DNA from: Deltaproteobacteria bacterium
GTDB lineage: Bacteria > Desulfobacterota > Desulfobulbia > Desulfobulbales > JAGXFP01
Length of the DNA stretch: 64,000 nt
Reading direction: 5' to 3'
Assembly: GCA_020056965.1 (NCBI GenBank)
Contig: JAGVGT010000072.1
Coordinates: 6,197 to 70,196 of the forward strand
This document shows, one piece after another, positions 53,763-63,888 of this stretch. The position numbers and the translations under genes are program-made. Numbering within the stretch: the first letter of the stretch is position 1; the number at the start of each line of letters is the position of its first letter. The notes beneath the pieces are model-generated. The model was not told where the DNA came from, did not search any database, and worked only from the letters and a program-made list of their open reading frames with translations.

Positions 53763-55556
53763 ATGGACAACATCCGCAATTTCAGCATCATCGCCCATAT
53801 TGACCACGGCAAATCGACCCTGGCTGATCGCTTTATTCAGAAATGCAAGATGGTCACCGATCGCGAGTTCAAGGACCAGATGCTCGATAGCATGGACATC
53901 GAGCGCGAGCGCGGCATCACCATCAAGAGTCAGACCATCTGTCTGCCTTACAAGGCCAAGGACGGCAAGGATTATGTCCTCAACCTGATCGACACCCCCG
54001 GTCATGTCGACTTCAGCTACGAGGTCTCCCGGGCGCTGGCCGCCTGCGAGGGCGCCCTGCTGTTGATTGATGCCGCCCAGGGCGTCCAGGCCCAGACCCT
54101 GGCCAACCTCTATCTGGCCATGGAGAACAATCTGGAGGTGATCCCGGTCATCAACAAGATCGACCTGCCGGCCGCCGACCCCGAGGCAATAACCATCCAG
54201 ATCAAGGAGGATCTGGGCCTGGATGTTGCCCACATCCAAAAATGCTCGGCTAAAACCGGCCTTGGCGTCGATGAGGTTCTGGAGGCGGTGGTCAACCTGC
54301 TGCCGCCCCCGGAGGGCGACCCGGATAAACCCTTGGAAGCCCTGATCTTCGATGCCAACTATGATCCCTATCGCGGCACCATTATCTCCTGCCGGATCTT
54401 CCAGGGGCGGGTCCGGGCCGGCGACACCATTGTCTTCATGTCCAACGGCGCTTCTTACAAGGTTGAAGAGGTGGGCTTTTTCCATCTCACCCGCGTCGCC
54501 CAGAAGGAATTGTCCGCCGGCCAGGTCGGCTACATCCTGGCCGGGGTCAAGACGGTCAACGACACCCGCCCGGGCGACACCATCACCTTGAAGAACGACC
54601 CCTGCGCCAAGGCGCTGCCCGGCTTCAAGGAGGTCCAGCAGGTGGTCTTCTCCTCGCTCTACCCGATCTCCACCGACGACTACGAAGACCTGGCCACTGC
54701 CTTGGACAAGCTTAAGCTCAACGACGCCGCCCTCTCATTCCAGAAGGACACCTCGGCCGCCTTAGGGTTCGGTTTTCGCTGCGGCTTTCTGGGGTTGCTG
54801 CATCTGGAGGTGGTCCAGGAACGGCTGGAGCGGGAGTTCGATATCCCCCTGATCCTCACCATCCCGACGGTCAGCTACCACTTCTACCTGCAGGACGGCA
54901 GCATGGTGGAAATCGACAACCCGGCCCATTTCCCCGATCCGAGCCGGATCGAACGGACCGAGGAGCCCTTCATCAAGGCCACCATTCTGATGCCGGATCG
55001 CTACATGGGTGTGGTCATGAATCTCTGCATGGAACGGCGGGGCGAGAACACCGACTATCATTACCCCACCCCGGGCCGGATTGAACTCACCTGCGAACTG
55101 CCCCTGGGCGAGGTGATTTACGATTTTTACGATAAGCTGAAATCCCTCACCCAGGGTTACGGCTCCTTCGACTATGAGCTGATCGATTATCGCCGCAGCG
55201 ACCTGGTCAAGCTGGATATCCTGGTCAACGGCGAGAGGGTCGATGCTCTCTCGCAGCTGGCCCATCGCAGCAAGGCCCGCGAGCGTGGCCTGCATGCCTG
55301 CGAACGGCTCAAAGAAGAGATTCCCCGCCAGATGTTCAAGATCGCCATCCAGGGGGCCATCGGCGGCGCCATCGTTGCCCGGGAAACCATCTCGGCCCTG
55401 CGCAAGGACGTCACCGCCAAATGCTACGGCGGCGACATCTCCCGGAAACGCAAGCTCCTGGAGAAACAAAAGGCTGGGAAGAAGCGGATGAAGACGGTCG
55501 GCAATGTGGAAATTCCCCAGAGCGCCTTTTTGGCGGTGCTGAAGTCGGACCAGTGA
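53763..55556 (+). CDS. lepA: Elongation factor 4 (LepA)
   Basis: '[20 protein letters not shown]', 'DTPGHVDF' and 'NKID'. The conserved C-terminus has '[25 protein letters not shown]'. Confidence 0.95.
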   Translation: MDNIRNFSIIAHIDHGKSTLADRFIQKCKMVTDREFKDQMLDSMDIERERGITIKSQTICLPYKAKDGKDYVLNLIDTPGHVDFSYEVSRALAACEGALLLIDAAQGVQAQTLANLYLAMENNLEVIPVINKIDLPAADPEAITIQIKEDLGLDVAHIQKCSAKTGLGVDEVLEAVVNLLPPPEGDPDKPLEALIFDANYDPYRGTIISCRIFQGRVRAGDTIVFMSNGASYKVEEVGFFHLTRVAQKELSAGQVGYILAGVKTVNDTRPGDTITLKNDPCAKALPGFKEVQQVVFSSLYPISTDDYEDLATALDKLKLNDAALSFQKDTSAALGFGFRCGFLGLLHLEVVQERLEREFDIPLILTIPTVSYHFYLQDGSMVEIDNPAHFPDPSRIERTEEPFIKATILMPDRYMGVVMNLCMERRGENTDYHYPTPGRIELTCELPLGEVIYDFYDKLKSLTQGYGSFDYELIDYRRSDLVKLDILVNGERVDALSQLAHRSKARERGLHACERLKEEIPRQMFKIAIQGAIGGAIVARETISALRKDVTAKCYGGDISRKRKLLEKQKAGKKRMKTVGNVEIPQSAFLAVLKSDQ

Positions 55557-55582
55557 TGAACGGTGCGGAGGGGCAGGCGCCG

Positions 55583-55873
55583 ATGAAAAATAAGTTGACT
55601 GTCATGGGCTTGGCCCTTGGGATCGCCGGTCTGGTGCTGGCCGCTCCGGCCCGGGCCGCTCAGGATTGTGCCGAACAGGTTCTGGCCTCTTGCACCAGCT
55701 GCCATTACCAGACCCGGGTCTGCGAAAAGCTGGACAAGAAGAGCAAAAGAGAATGGAAGGTGACGCTTAAGCGCATGCTCCGTTACGGTCTGGTGCTGGA
55801 CGAAGCCGGACAGGGACGGATGTTGGAATGCCTGGTGGCCCTGGGCAAGGACCACACCAAGCTCTGCAAGTAG
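55583..55873 (+). CDS. Small secreted protein with a single CXXCH (putative monoheme cytochrome c)
   Basis: GGAGGGG RBS, signal peptide 'MKNKLTVMGLALGIAGLVLAAPARA', and 'CTSCH'. An upstream in-frame ATG at 55556 overlaps the lepA stop. Confidence 0.5.
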   Translation: MKNKLTVMGLALGIAGLVLAAPARAAQDCAEQVLASCTSCHYQTRVCEKLDKKSKREWKVTLKRMLRYGLVLDEAGQGRMLECLVALGKDHTKLCK

Positions 55874-55955
55874 GCCGAACTGGGAAATTGGAAGAAGGGA
55901 ACGGCTTGGCCAATTGGTTGCCGCGAAGGGCGGGAAACGAGGCCTTGCGAGGTGA

Positions 55956-56255
55956 TTACTGGGTAAGGTGGTAGGCGCGGCAGCCCTGGCTTTCGGGGTT
56001 TTTTGCCTTAGCGGCCATGATGTCGGCGATCTCGGACGGACTTAACACCGACTGGCTCTGATGGAGGACATAGACCAGGCAATCGCCGCAGACGTTGAGG
56101 GCGTTGCGATAATCATCAAAGGAACCGACCACCTCCCAGCAGGTCCGGCCACCGGCCTGGGCCATCTTCGAGACTTGGCACTTTCCCTGCTTGCCGCAGC
56201 CGATAATCTCCCAGCACCTCGGAAGTCGTTGATCCTTTTCCATGCCCAACCCCAT
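55956..56255 (-). CDS. Cysteine-rich small protein with two 'CWE' motifs (two-CW-domain-like)
   Basis: 'RCWEIIGCGKQGKC' and 'RTCWEVVGSFDD...CGDC'. The start is ATG 56255 or 56243. Confidence 0.5.
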   Translation of the reverse strand: MGLGMEKDQRLPRCWEIIGCGKQGKCQVSKMAQAGGRTCWEVVGSFDDYRNALNVCGDCLVYVLHQSQSVLSPSEIADIMAAKAKNPESQGCRAYHLTQ

Positions 56256-56326
56256 GCGCTTGCCAGTAACCGACCGACCTGCCTCAAGCTTCCAAAATCG
56301 TCACTATACCGGCTATGATTTTTCGG

Positions 56327-56944
56327 TCAAGATTTATCGAGATAGGTATCCAGGGCGGTTAGCAGTGCGGGCATGCCTTCGCCGCTCTTGGCGGAAAAGA
56401 TCACCCGGGCGGCCGGGGCGACCTTGAAGCCGGCGTCGAGAATCCGCGCCTGCCGGTTCTGCTCGCTCCGAGACAGCTTGTCGGATTTGGTGTAGACCAG
56501 AAGCAACGGCACGGCGCGGGCCTGTAGCCAGGCCACCAAATCTTGATCATATTCCTTAGGGGGGTGGCGCAGATCGACGATTACCACCACGCAGCACAAA
56601 CTCTCCCGTTTCTCCAGATAACTGGTGATCATGCCCTGCCAGTCGTTCAGAACCTTTTTAGGCACCTTGGCATAGCCGTAGCCGGGCAGATCGACCAGAT
56701 AGAGGTCGGCCCCGATCAGGAAATAATTGAGGCTCTGGGTCTTGCCGGGCGTAGCGCTGACCTTGACTAGGCCATGCCGGTTGACCAACCGATTGATCAG
56801 GCTGGACTTACCGACGTTGGAGCGGCCGGCGAAGGCGATTTCCGGATATTCCGGGGCCGGCAACTGGCTGTTGTTAAAGGCGCTCTTGATATAAACCGCC
56901 TGACAGTTGCCGGTGCCGAAAAGGCTGGTGGCGGAGACGGTCAT
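56327..56944 (-). CDS. engB: Ribosome biogenesis GTPase EngB/YihA/YsxC
   Basis: 'IAFAGRSNVGKSSLINRL', 'DLPGYGYA' and 'TKSDK'. The ATG overlaps the hisG stop (ATGA). Confidence 0.9.
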   Translation of the reverse strand: MTVSATSLFGTGNCQAVYIKSAFNNSQLPAPEYPEIAFAGRSNVGKSSLINRLVNRHGLVKVSATPGKTQSLNYFLIGADLYLVDLPGYGYAKVPKKVLNDWQGMITSYLEKRESLCCVVVIVDLRHPPKEYDQDLVAWLQARAVPLLLVYTKSDKLSRSEQNRQARILDAGFKVAPAARVIFSAKSGEGMPALLTALDTYLDKS

Positions 56945-57816
56945 CAGATGACCTTGTTCAGCGAATATTCGATGATCCCCTCGGCTCCGGCCCTGAGCAG
57001 CTTGGGGATGAGGTCGCGCACCTGGTGTTCGGAGATCACGGTCTCCACCGAGAACCACTCACTCTTGTAGAGATGGGCGATGGTCGGCGCGTTCATGCTG
57101 GGCAGGATGGCGATCAGGGAATCGAGTTTATCGCCGGGCACGTTCATCTTCAGGCCGACGATCTTGTCGGCCCTAAGCGCCCCCTGCAGGAGCATGGCGA
57201 TATTCTGGATCTTCTCCCGCTTCCAGGGATTTTCCCAGGCCGCCCGGTTGGCGATGAGCTGGGTGTTGGAGGACATCATCTCGTGGATGATTCGCAAGCC
57301 GTGGGCCCGGATGGTACTCTCGGTCTCGGTGACCTCGACGATGGCGTCGGCCAGGCCGGAGACCACCTTGGCCTCGGTGGCCCCCCAGGAGAATTCGATA
57401 TCGACCTTGATGTTGCGCTCGGCAAAGAAACGCTGGGTATAGTTAACCAGCTCGGTGGAAATCTTCTTGCCGTTCAGGTCTTCCAGGGTATGGATGGCGG
57501 AATCGCCAGGTACGGCGATGACCCAGCGGGTCGGCTTCTTGCTGACCTTGGAATAGATCAGGTCCTCGACCACCACGACGTCGGAATTGTTCTCCATGGT
57601 CCAGTCGCGGCCGGTGATGCCGGCGTCCAGCACCCCCTGCTCGACATAGCGGCTCATTTCCTGGGGCCGGCAGATCGAACAGGACAGTTCCGGGTCGTCC
57701 ACCTCCGGGAAATAGTTGCGGGACGAGAGCTTGATTCGCCACCCCGATTTCTCGAAGAGTTCGATGGTGGCCTTTTCCAAGCTGCCCTTGGGCAGACCGA
57801 TTTTCAGTACATTCAT
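56944..57816 (-). CDS. hisG: ATP phosphoribosyltransferase (long form)
   Basis: '[14 protein letters not shown]' and 'DAGITGRDW'. Its 290-aa length fits HisG-long. Confidence 0.9.
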   Translation of the reverse strand: MNVLKIGLPKGSLEKATIELFEKSGWRIKLSSRNYFPEVDDPELSCSICRPQEMSRYVEQGVLDAGITGRDWTMENNSDVVVVEDLIYSKVSKKPTRWVIAVPGDSAIHTLEDLNGKKISTELVNYTQRFFAERNIKVDIEFSWGATEAKVVSGLADAIVEVTETESTIRAHGLRIIHEMMSSNTQLIANRAAWENPWKREKIQNIAMLLQGALRADKIVGLKMNVPGDKLDSLIAILPSMNAPTIAHLYKSEWFSVETVISEHQVRDLIPKLLRAGAEGIIEYSLNKVI

Positions 57817-58190
57817 TTCTTGTATACCTCCCGCGGATCGAAAACCAGTCGACCCGTAACCTTGAAAGAACCGTCTTCCATCTTGCGGAAGAAACAGCTT
57901 GAATAACCCTTGTGGCAGGCGGCCCCGCCCAACTGTTCGACCTTGAAGACCACGGTGTCGCCATCGCAGTCCACCAGGATTTCCTTGATCATCTGGATAT
58001 GGCCGGAGCTTTCGCCTTTCAGCCAGAGCTGATTGCGGGAGCGACTCCAGTAATGAGCCTGGCCGGTCTCCAGGGTTTTACGCCAGGACTCCGCGTTGAT
58101 ATAGGCCATCATCAGCACCTCGCCGGTCTGATGATCCTGGGCGATGGCCGGCAGCAGTCCGCCGCCTTTGGCAAAATCCAATGTTTCCAT
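57813..58190 (-). CDS. hisI: Phosphoribosyl-AMP cyclohydrolase
   Basis: Start at ATG 58190. Motifs '[22 protein letters not shown]', '[18 protein letters not shown]' and 'VDCDGD'. Confidence 0.9.
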   Translation of the reverse strand: METLDFAKGGGLLPAIAQDHQTGEVLMMAYINAESWRKTLETGQAHYWSRSRNQLWLKGESSGHIQMIKEILVDCDGDTVVFKVEQLGGAACHKGYSSCFFRKMEDGSFKVTGRLVFDPREVYKK

Positions 58191-58206
58191 GGTGCAACTC
58201 TGTGAG

Positions 58207-58395
58207 CTATTTCGGGGATTCGGAACCATCCGGGTTCTCAGTCGGTTCCGGGCCGCGTCGCGCCTCGCGAGCTCTTTCCCTGGTCATGAAATTGATGATA
58301 CAGGCCGAGCGGAACTTACAGTGCTCCACGAGGTGGGCGCATTCCGCCTCAGCCTCGGTCATCATTACTTTATACTTTTCGCAGATAAGTTCCAT
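58207..58395 (-). CDS. Small Cys-containing hypothetical protein upstream of hisI
   Basis: '[36 protein letters not shown]' followed by a charged tail. The RBS is weak and I recognise no family. Confidence 0.35.
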   Translation of the reverse strand: MELICEKYKVMMTEAEAECAHLVEHCKFRSACIINFMTRERAREARRGPEPTENPDGSESPK

Positions 58396-58577
58396 GGCGG
58401 ATCCGGCCTGGATCGAAAAGCTGTTGAAATTACGCGGGAAAAGGAAAGTTGTCAAGTCATATTAGCCGGAATCCCGCGGTAGCGGAGGGCCCGGGCGGGT
58501 ACGCTTGCAATAATTGCAAATGACATTATCATGTCAGCCTGTCGTCCCCAAAATATTTATAACCGCGGAGTTACTCG

Positions 58578-58817
58578 GTGCAGATCCTCTGGCGCTTCCT
58601 CGATTCCATTCCCCTGCCGCTCTTGGCGGTGGCGGCAATTTTTATGGCCCTGGCCCCATTCGTGCCCCAGCCGCACCTGCTGGAAAAGCTGAAGATGCTG
58701 GCCGCGGGGAGACTGGTCAAGCCACTGGACATCTTTGACCTGTTCTTCCATCTGGTGCCGCTTCTGCTGTTGCTGACCAAGATCGTCCGAGGGATGATGG
58801 TCGGCAAAACCGGCTGA
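58578..58817 (+). CDS. Conserved small two-TM membrane protein (hypothetical)
   Basis: GTG start. 'LAPFVPQPHLLEKLKMLAAGRLVKPLDIFDLFFH' resembles a widespread unnamed small-protein family that I recall from other genomes. Confidence 0.5.
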   Translation: MQILWRFLDSIPLPLLAVAAIFMALAPFVPQPHLLEKLKMLAAGRLVKPLDIFDLFFHLVPLLLLLTKIVRGMMVGKTG

Positions 58818-58879
58818 CCGTGGCTACAGCCTCGAACCGCAATACTATATCCACACAAATTAAGATAAAGGAGTCAACC

Positions 58880-59380
58880 ATGCAACCAGCCGAGACCGGC
58901 GACCAAGTTATCCTCGTATACGACGGCGTCCTCGCCAGCGGCGAGGTCTTCGAATCCTCCGCCGATACTGGCCCCTTGGACTTTACCCTGGGTGACGGCA
59001 CCGTCATGCCCGCCTTTGAGGCGGCAGTGCGCGGCATGAAGGCGGGAGAGAGCAAGAACATCAAGGTGCCACCCCAGAGTGCCTACGGAGAGCGCGACGA
59101 GGAACTGGTTCACACCGTACCCCGCTCAGCTGTCAACACCCAGGCCGATCTGGCCCCGGGCATGGTGATCGGCTTGACCATGGAGCGCGACGGTCAAGCC
59201 CACCAGGTTCCGGCCATGATCATCGAGGTTGATGGCGATCGGATCACCGTCGATTTCAACCACCCCCTGGCCGGCCAGGAACTGGTCTACCGGATCAACG
59301 TCCAATCCGTGACCCGCCCAGAAGAGCCGGGCGGCTGCAACTGCTCCGCCGACTCCGGCTGTGACTGTGGCCACAGCTGA
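58880..59380 (+). CDS. slyD: FKBP-type peptidyl-prolyl isomerase, SlyD-like
   Basis: AAGGAG RBS. 'GDQVILVYDGVLASGEVFESS', an IF-domain insertion 'GMVIGLTMERDGQ', 'DFNHPLAG', and a Cys/His-rich tail 'GGCNCSADSGCDCGHS'. Confidence 0.85.
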   Translation: MQPAETGDQVILVYDGVLASGEVFESSADTGPLDFTLGDGTVMPAFEAAVRGMKAGESKNIKVPPQSAYGERDEELVHTVPRSAVNTQADLAPGMVIGLTMERDGQAHQVPAMIIEVDGDRITVDFNHPLAGQELVYRINVQSVTRPEEPGGCNCSADSGCDCGHS

Positions 59381-60215
59381 AAATTCTCCGCCCCCGGTCC
59401 GGGCCATCCTGAGTATCGCCGGTTCCGACCCCTCGGGCGGAGCCGGCATCCAGGCTGACCTCAAAACCTTCGCCACCCTCGGGGTTTACGGGGCAGCGGC
59501 CATCACCTGCGTGACCGTCCAGAACACCACCGGGGTCTTCGCCACTCATCCGATGGATCCGGAAATCGTCAAGGCCCAGGCAGCCAAGGTTTTGGCCGAT
59601 CTGGAGGTCAGTCACATCAAGCTGGGGATGTTGGGTGACGGTGGGATTGTCCGGGCGGTTGGCGAGGTGCTGGATAGTTTCAGCGGGGAGGTGATCTGCG
59701 ACCCGATCCTCCGCTCCTCCTCCGGCCAGATCCTTCTGGAGGATGCGGCCTTGGTCGATTTCAAACAGGAAATCATGGCCCACGCCACCGCCCTTACCCC
59801 CAATTTCAGAGAGTTTCAGGTGCTGGCCGGGATCAGCGGCGAGGATAGCGAGGAGATTTTGGCGGCCATCGCCAAGATGTTTGATACTTACCTGCGACTT
59901 GCCGCCATCGTCCTGAAGGGGGGGCACCGTCGGGAAGATGAGCCACAGGTGGTTGATACGTTGTTTCTCAGGGCAAGCGGGGGATTTAAAACCATCGAGT
60001 CACGACGGGAACGACTTAAGACCACAAATACCCACGGCACCGGCTGCACCTTCGCTTCAGCCTTGGCGGCCGGCCACCAGAAAAGCGGGAGCTGGGAAAT
60101 TGCTTTCCAGCAGTCTTGTGACTATCTGGATCAATTGTTGCGGCTCAGCGCCAATTATCGGATTGGCCATGGCCACGGCCCCCTTATCCATCATCTGTAC
60201 CAAAAACAAGAGTAA
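59361..60215 (+). CDS. thiD: Hydroxymethylpyrimidine/phosphomethylpyrimidine kinase
   Basis: 'ILSIAGSDPSGGAGIQADLKTF' and 'NTHGTGCTFASALAA'. The GTG start overlaps the slyD 3' end. Confidence 0.9.
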   Translation: MTVATAENSPPPVRAILSIAGSDPSGGAGIQADLKTFATLGVYGAAAITCVTVQNTTGVFATHPMDPEIVKAQAAKVLADLEVSHIKLGMLGDGGIVRAVGEVLDSFSGEVICDPILRSSSGQILLEDAALVDFKQEIMAHATALTPNFREFQVLAGISGEDSEEILAAIAKMFDTYLRLAAIVLKGGHRREDEPQVVDTLFLRASGGFKTIESRRERLKTTNTHGTGCTFASALAAGHQKSGSWEIAFQQSCDYLDQLLRLSANYRIGHGHGPLIHHLYQKQE

Positions 60216-60240
60216 AAGCCGCCCGAAAAATTAGGGTCAA

Positions 60241-60276
60241 AAAAAACGCAGCCCTTGGTTGAGGGCTGCGTTTTTT
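60241..60276. terminator. Bidirectional Rho-independent terminator (thiD / fmdB-like gene)
   Basis: 'aaaaaacgcagccct tggttg agggctgcgtttttt', with an A-run and a T-run flanking the stem. Confidence 0.85.
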
Positions 60277-60293
60277 GCCAGGGGTTGGCTTAA

Positions 60294-60572
60294 TTATGAG
60301 CCACAGCTCGTTCCGCTGCTCTTGGGGCATTCCTTTGAGGCGGCGGCCGCCGGGCACTCGCCGCTCTTACAAGGCGCGGACGATGGCTTGGGTGTGCTGC
60401 TGTAACTGTCGGCATACCAGCCGCCGCCTTTAAGGGCAAAAGAACTCATTGAGATAATCTTTTTTACCGCACCTTGGCAAGTTGGGCAGGTTGTGAGTTG
60501 GGCCTCGGCAAGCCCCTGCCAGATCTCGGTAATTTCGTGACAGTTCAGGCATTCGTACTCGTAGACGGGCAT
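60294..60572 (-). CDS. FmdB-family zinc-ribbon protein
   Basis: 'MPVYEYECLNCHE...CPTCQG' followed by a Cys-rich tail. Confidence 0.85.
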   Translation of the reverse strand: MPVYEYECLNCHEITEIWQGLAEAQLTTCPTCQGAVKKIISMSSFALKGGGWYADSYSSTPKPSSAPCKSGECPAAAASKECPKSSGTSCGS

Positions 60573-61498
60573 AGTCTTTTACCTCTTTGTATCGTTAGCG
60601 TGAAGCGGGCGGTGATGAAAGTCGATTGCCGCAGTATGTGAGCCGTCGTTCAATAATAGCGATGATATTGAAATGACGTGATCGACACTAAGGACCGGAG
60701 CTAACCGGTTATATGAAACGGTTGTTCAGTAAAACCTTAAAATAATATCTTACCTTGATAAAGTCAATTGCTTGGGCGCCTTTGGTCTCGGAAACGGCGC
60801 CAGGATCCGTTTGGTTGAAATAATTGGCGGATAAATCAGCCTCTAAAATCTACCAATTAATCAAGCCTTTCTAGTTAAACTAGATGATGAAAATTTTTGC
60901 TTCAGTTCCAGTCTTCTTTGGTTGTTGGAATGGGGCTTGTTGGTAACGTAACAGTCCATTAAAAAAACAAGCTTGGCAGGCGGGGCAACCGCTGGTCGGC
61001 TGACTCAGTCAGCCAAGCATTGCGCGGGTTTAAAACGACCGCAGCTTTGATGATGATATCCGAGGGGCGTATCATGCAAGGTGATTATGCAATTTGAAAT
61101 GACGATAACGGGGGCAGGGGGTGGCTTGAAGACCACCGGTATTTGTTTTGAAAAAGTCATCAATTTATCGATTGCCAGTAACTAAATAATGGCTGATGAG
61201 ATTTGCCTTAAATCATCAACTATACAGCTGCGGTGTTTAATATAAGAGTATTTATGGAGAAGTGCTTGCCGGCCAGCAACCCCTCCGGAGATTGCGGAAA
61301 ACCCCTGAGGAATGGCGAGTGCTTGGATGATCACACAGCAGAAAGATTAGGAAAGATTGCAGGACATGATCATTGGAAAAATCTTTTCAAACAACAAAAC
61401 ATCCATTATGAACTGTAAAAAAGCCTTGCTATTGGAATTCTGTTAATATATGGTCTTCGTCAGGGTAAGGTAAGGAAATATTAACAAGGAGGTTTGAA

Positions 61499-61975
61499 AT
61501 GAGTAAGACGTTGGTTGAAATGGCGGCTGCGATCGTTCAGTCGCAGAGTGCTTCTAAGGGAATGACCACCGAAGAAGTGACTTTTGCACTGCAAAGTACC
61601 TACAAGGCTCTACAAGAATTGCAAAGCGATGAGAGCAGATTGGCGCAGGGAACATCTGATGGAACCGTGGCCGAAAGCGGAGTTTCAGTCTCTGGTTTGA
61701 CCGCCGAAAAATCCATCCAGAAGAACAAGATTGTTTGTCTGGAGTGCGGTCAAGAGTTTCGGATGCTGTCGCCCAAGCATCTGAAGTCGCACGGTTTGAC
61801 CGGTCGCGAGTATCGCACCAAACACGGCTTCTCCCTGCGGCAACCATTATGTGCCAAGTCGCTTTCCGACCGGCGCAAAAAGGCCGGCAAGGTCCGTGGT
61901 CTGCCGGAAAATCTCAAGAAGGCCATTGCTAAACGCAAGGCTGCCGGGGCAGCCAAGAACCGTAAGAAAAAATAA
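61499..61975 (+). CDS. MucR/Ros-family zinc-finger transcriptional regulator
   Basis: AAGGAGG RBS. 'KIVCLECGQEFRMLSPKHLKSHGLTGREYRTKHGFSLRQPLCAKSLSDRR' matches the ROS/MucR core. The tail is basic. Confidence 0.85.
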   Translation: MSKTLVEMAAAIVQSQSASKGMTTEEVTFALQSTYKALQELQSDESRLAQGTSDGTVAESGVSVSGLTAEKSIQKNKIVCLECGQEFRMLSPKHLKSHGLTGREYRTKHGFSLRQPLCAKSLSDRRKKAGKVRGLPENLKKAIAKRKAAGAAKNRKKK

Positions 61976-62033
61976 TTGTGGCCTGAAGTTGTGCGATAGT
62001 GGTCGAATGGCGATGCCTGTTCGATCCGAGGCA

Positions 62034-62076
62034 GGGGGGGGGCAGCCGAAAAGGCGGGCTCCCCCTTGTTTTTTTG
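62034..62076 (+). terminator. Rho-independent terminator after the MucR-family gene
   Basis: GC-rich imperfect stem 'gggggggcagcc gaaaa ggcgggctccccc' followed by 'ttgttttttt'. Confidence 0.6.
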
Positions 62077-62192
62077 TTGAGCCGGACGATTTAACTTATT
62101 AACTGTATCCGGCCGAAGGTCGTCGTGCTGGCGGCCTTTATTTGACCGTCGTGGTGGCGGTCTTTTCGGGATATTAGAGCGAGAAACAGAGC

Positions 62193-62978
62193 ATGATTGG
62201 TATTTTTGATTCCGGGGTGGGTGGCATGACCGTCGCCAGGGCGGTGGAGCAGTTGCTGCCCGACTACCCCCAGGTGTATTTCGGTGATCTGGCCAGGGCG
62301 CCTTACGGCCCCAAAAGCCGCGAGCGGATAATTCAATATTCCTTCGACAATACGAAGTTTCTCCTGGAACACGGCGCAAAAATCATTATCATCGCCTGTA
62401 ATTCTGCGGCCAGTGTCGCCACCGATCTGCTGGTGGAAGCCTTCCCGGTGCCTTTTTTTGAGGTGATTACTCCGGCGGTCAGGCAGGCGGTGGAGACCAC
62501 CGGCAGCGGTCGGATCGGCGTAATCGGCACCCTGGCGACGATTAGAAGCGGGGTGTATGAGCGGAAGATTCTGGCGGAGGCCCCGACGCTCAAGGTGTTT
62601 TCCGCCCCTTGCCCCTTGCTGGTGCCCCTGGTCGAAGAAGGGTGGCTGGACGGGCGGGAGACCAAGATGATCTTGCGACGCTATCTGCAGCCCTTGAAAC
62701 TGCAACAGGTCGATACTCTGGTGTTGGGCTGCACCCATTATCCGCTGTTGCGGGAACTGATTCAGCCGCGGATCGGGCGACGGGTCCGGGTCATTGATTC
62801 ATCGGCGGCCGTGGCGGAAGAGTTGAAGACCTTTTTGGCTTCCACCCCAGCGGTGGCCAACGAATTGCGGCAGGTGGGGCCCAGCCGTTATTATGTTTCG
62901 GACATCACCGATGCGGCGCGGGAGACGGCGGCCAGGATATTCGGCCGCCCGATTGATCTGATCAGGACTGATGCCTAA
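62193..62978 (+). CDS. murI: Glutamate racemase
   Basis: 'IGIFDSGVGGMTV', 'IIIACNSAAS' and 'LVLGCTHYPLL'. Confidence 0.93.
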   Translation: MIGIFDSGVGGMTVARAVEQLLPDYPQVYFGDLARAPYGPKSRERIIQYSFDNTKFLLEHGAKIIIIACNSAASVATDLLVEAFPVPFFEVITPAVRQAVETTGSGRIGVIGTLATIRSGVYERKILAEAPTLKVFSAPCPLLVPLVEEGWLDGRETKMILRRYLQPLKLQQVDTLVLGCTHYPLLRELIQPRIGRRVRVIDSSAAVAEELKTFLASTPAVANELRQVGPSRYYVSDITDAARETAARIFGRPIDLIRTDA

Positions 62979-63060
62979 AGGCCCGGCGGCGGTGTCTTCC
63001 GCCCCTGGTTCCGCCCGGCGGTTGTTTCATAAATTTCAACATTAGCCACGGACTAGTTAA

Positions 63061-63717
63061 ATGCTTATCAACAGATTGATCACGCTGGCTATGGCCATCC
63101 TTTTGTCCCAGCCGGTTGGCGCTGCCACGGCGGCCCCAAGCCCGGATGAGATCGCCAAGAAACTCCAGCAGACCTACGAGAAAACCTCTTCCTTTCAGGC
63201 CGATTTCAGCCAGTCCACTTCTTTGCAACAGAGCCGCCGACAGCGCGAGGGAGAAGGGACTATGGTCATTGCCAAGCCAGGCTTGATGCGCTGGGATTAC
63301 CGGAAACCTGATCGCCAGGTCTTCATCTGCGACGGCACCACCATGTCCATGTATTTCGCCAAGGCCGCCCAGATGATGGTCATTCCGGCCCGCGATTATC
63401 TGCAGTCCGATGTGACCTATGCCTTTTTTGTCGGTACCGGCGATATTCTGCGGGATTTCGAACCCAGATTTCCCAAAGCCGACTACTGCTGCGGTGAAAG
63501 CCCCACCCTGCAACTCTTCCCCCGTGTGGAGCACGGTCAGGTGGAACATCTCGATGTTTGGATTGATGACCGCTCTCTGGTTAGAAGGCTACGGATTGTC
63601 GATCATTTCGGCAGCCTTACCGAACTGAATTTTACCAACACCCGCCTCAATCAACCGGTTGACCGGGAGATCTTTAAGTTCACCCCGCCCACAGGCACCG
63701 AGATCGTCAAGCAATAG
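63061..63717 (+). CDS. lolA: Outer-membrane lipoprotein carrier protein LolA-like
   Basis: Signal peptide, 'SSFQADFSQ', 'KPGLMRWDY' and 'TPPTGTEIV'. Confidence 0.8.
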   Translation: MLINRLITLAMAILLSQPVGAATAAPSPDEIAKKLQQTYEKTSSFQADFSQSTSLQQSRRQREGEGTMVIAKPGLMRWDYRKPDRQVFICDGTTMSMYFAKAAQMMVIPARDYLQSDVTYAFFVGTGDILRDFEPRFPKADYCCGESPTLQLFPRVEHGQVEHLDVWIDDRSLVRRLRIVDHFGSLTELNFTNTRLNQPVDREIFKFTPPTGTEIVKQ

Positions 63718-63888
63718 GTGCGCAGGAATTTTAACCCAACGCATGGGCGGCCAACTGGCATTCTTCCGCCTTTCGCCAGGGTTACCGTCCTAAGACCAGC
63801 CGCGGCCTTTTCCCATGGATGAGACCTTGCTCCACTTGCCGCCCCGCCAAGCTGCCGGTGTAGCGATTTTTCCCAACTTTGGTTATTT

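Noticed and set aside
60884-60946. A 20-codon ORF 'MMKIFASVPVFFGCWNGACW' next to the 15-bp palindrome. I considered a RiPP-like or toxic-peptide reading.
   Set aside because: It has no Shine-Dalgarno sequence and no nearby maturation or immunity genes. Chance ORFs of this size are expected.
61233-61418. A 61-aa ORF in the AT-rich region upstream of the MucR-family gene.
   Set aside because: It has no RBS and an atypical composition, and I recognise no motif. I treat it as non-coding unless expression data say otherwise.
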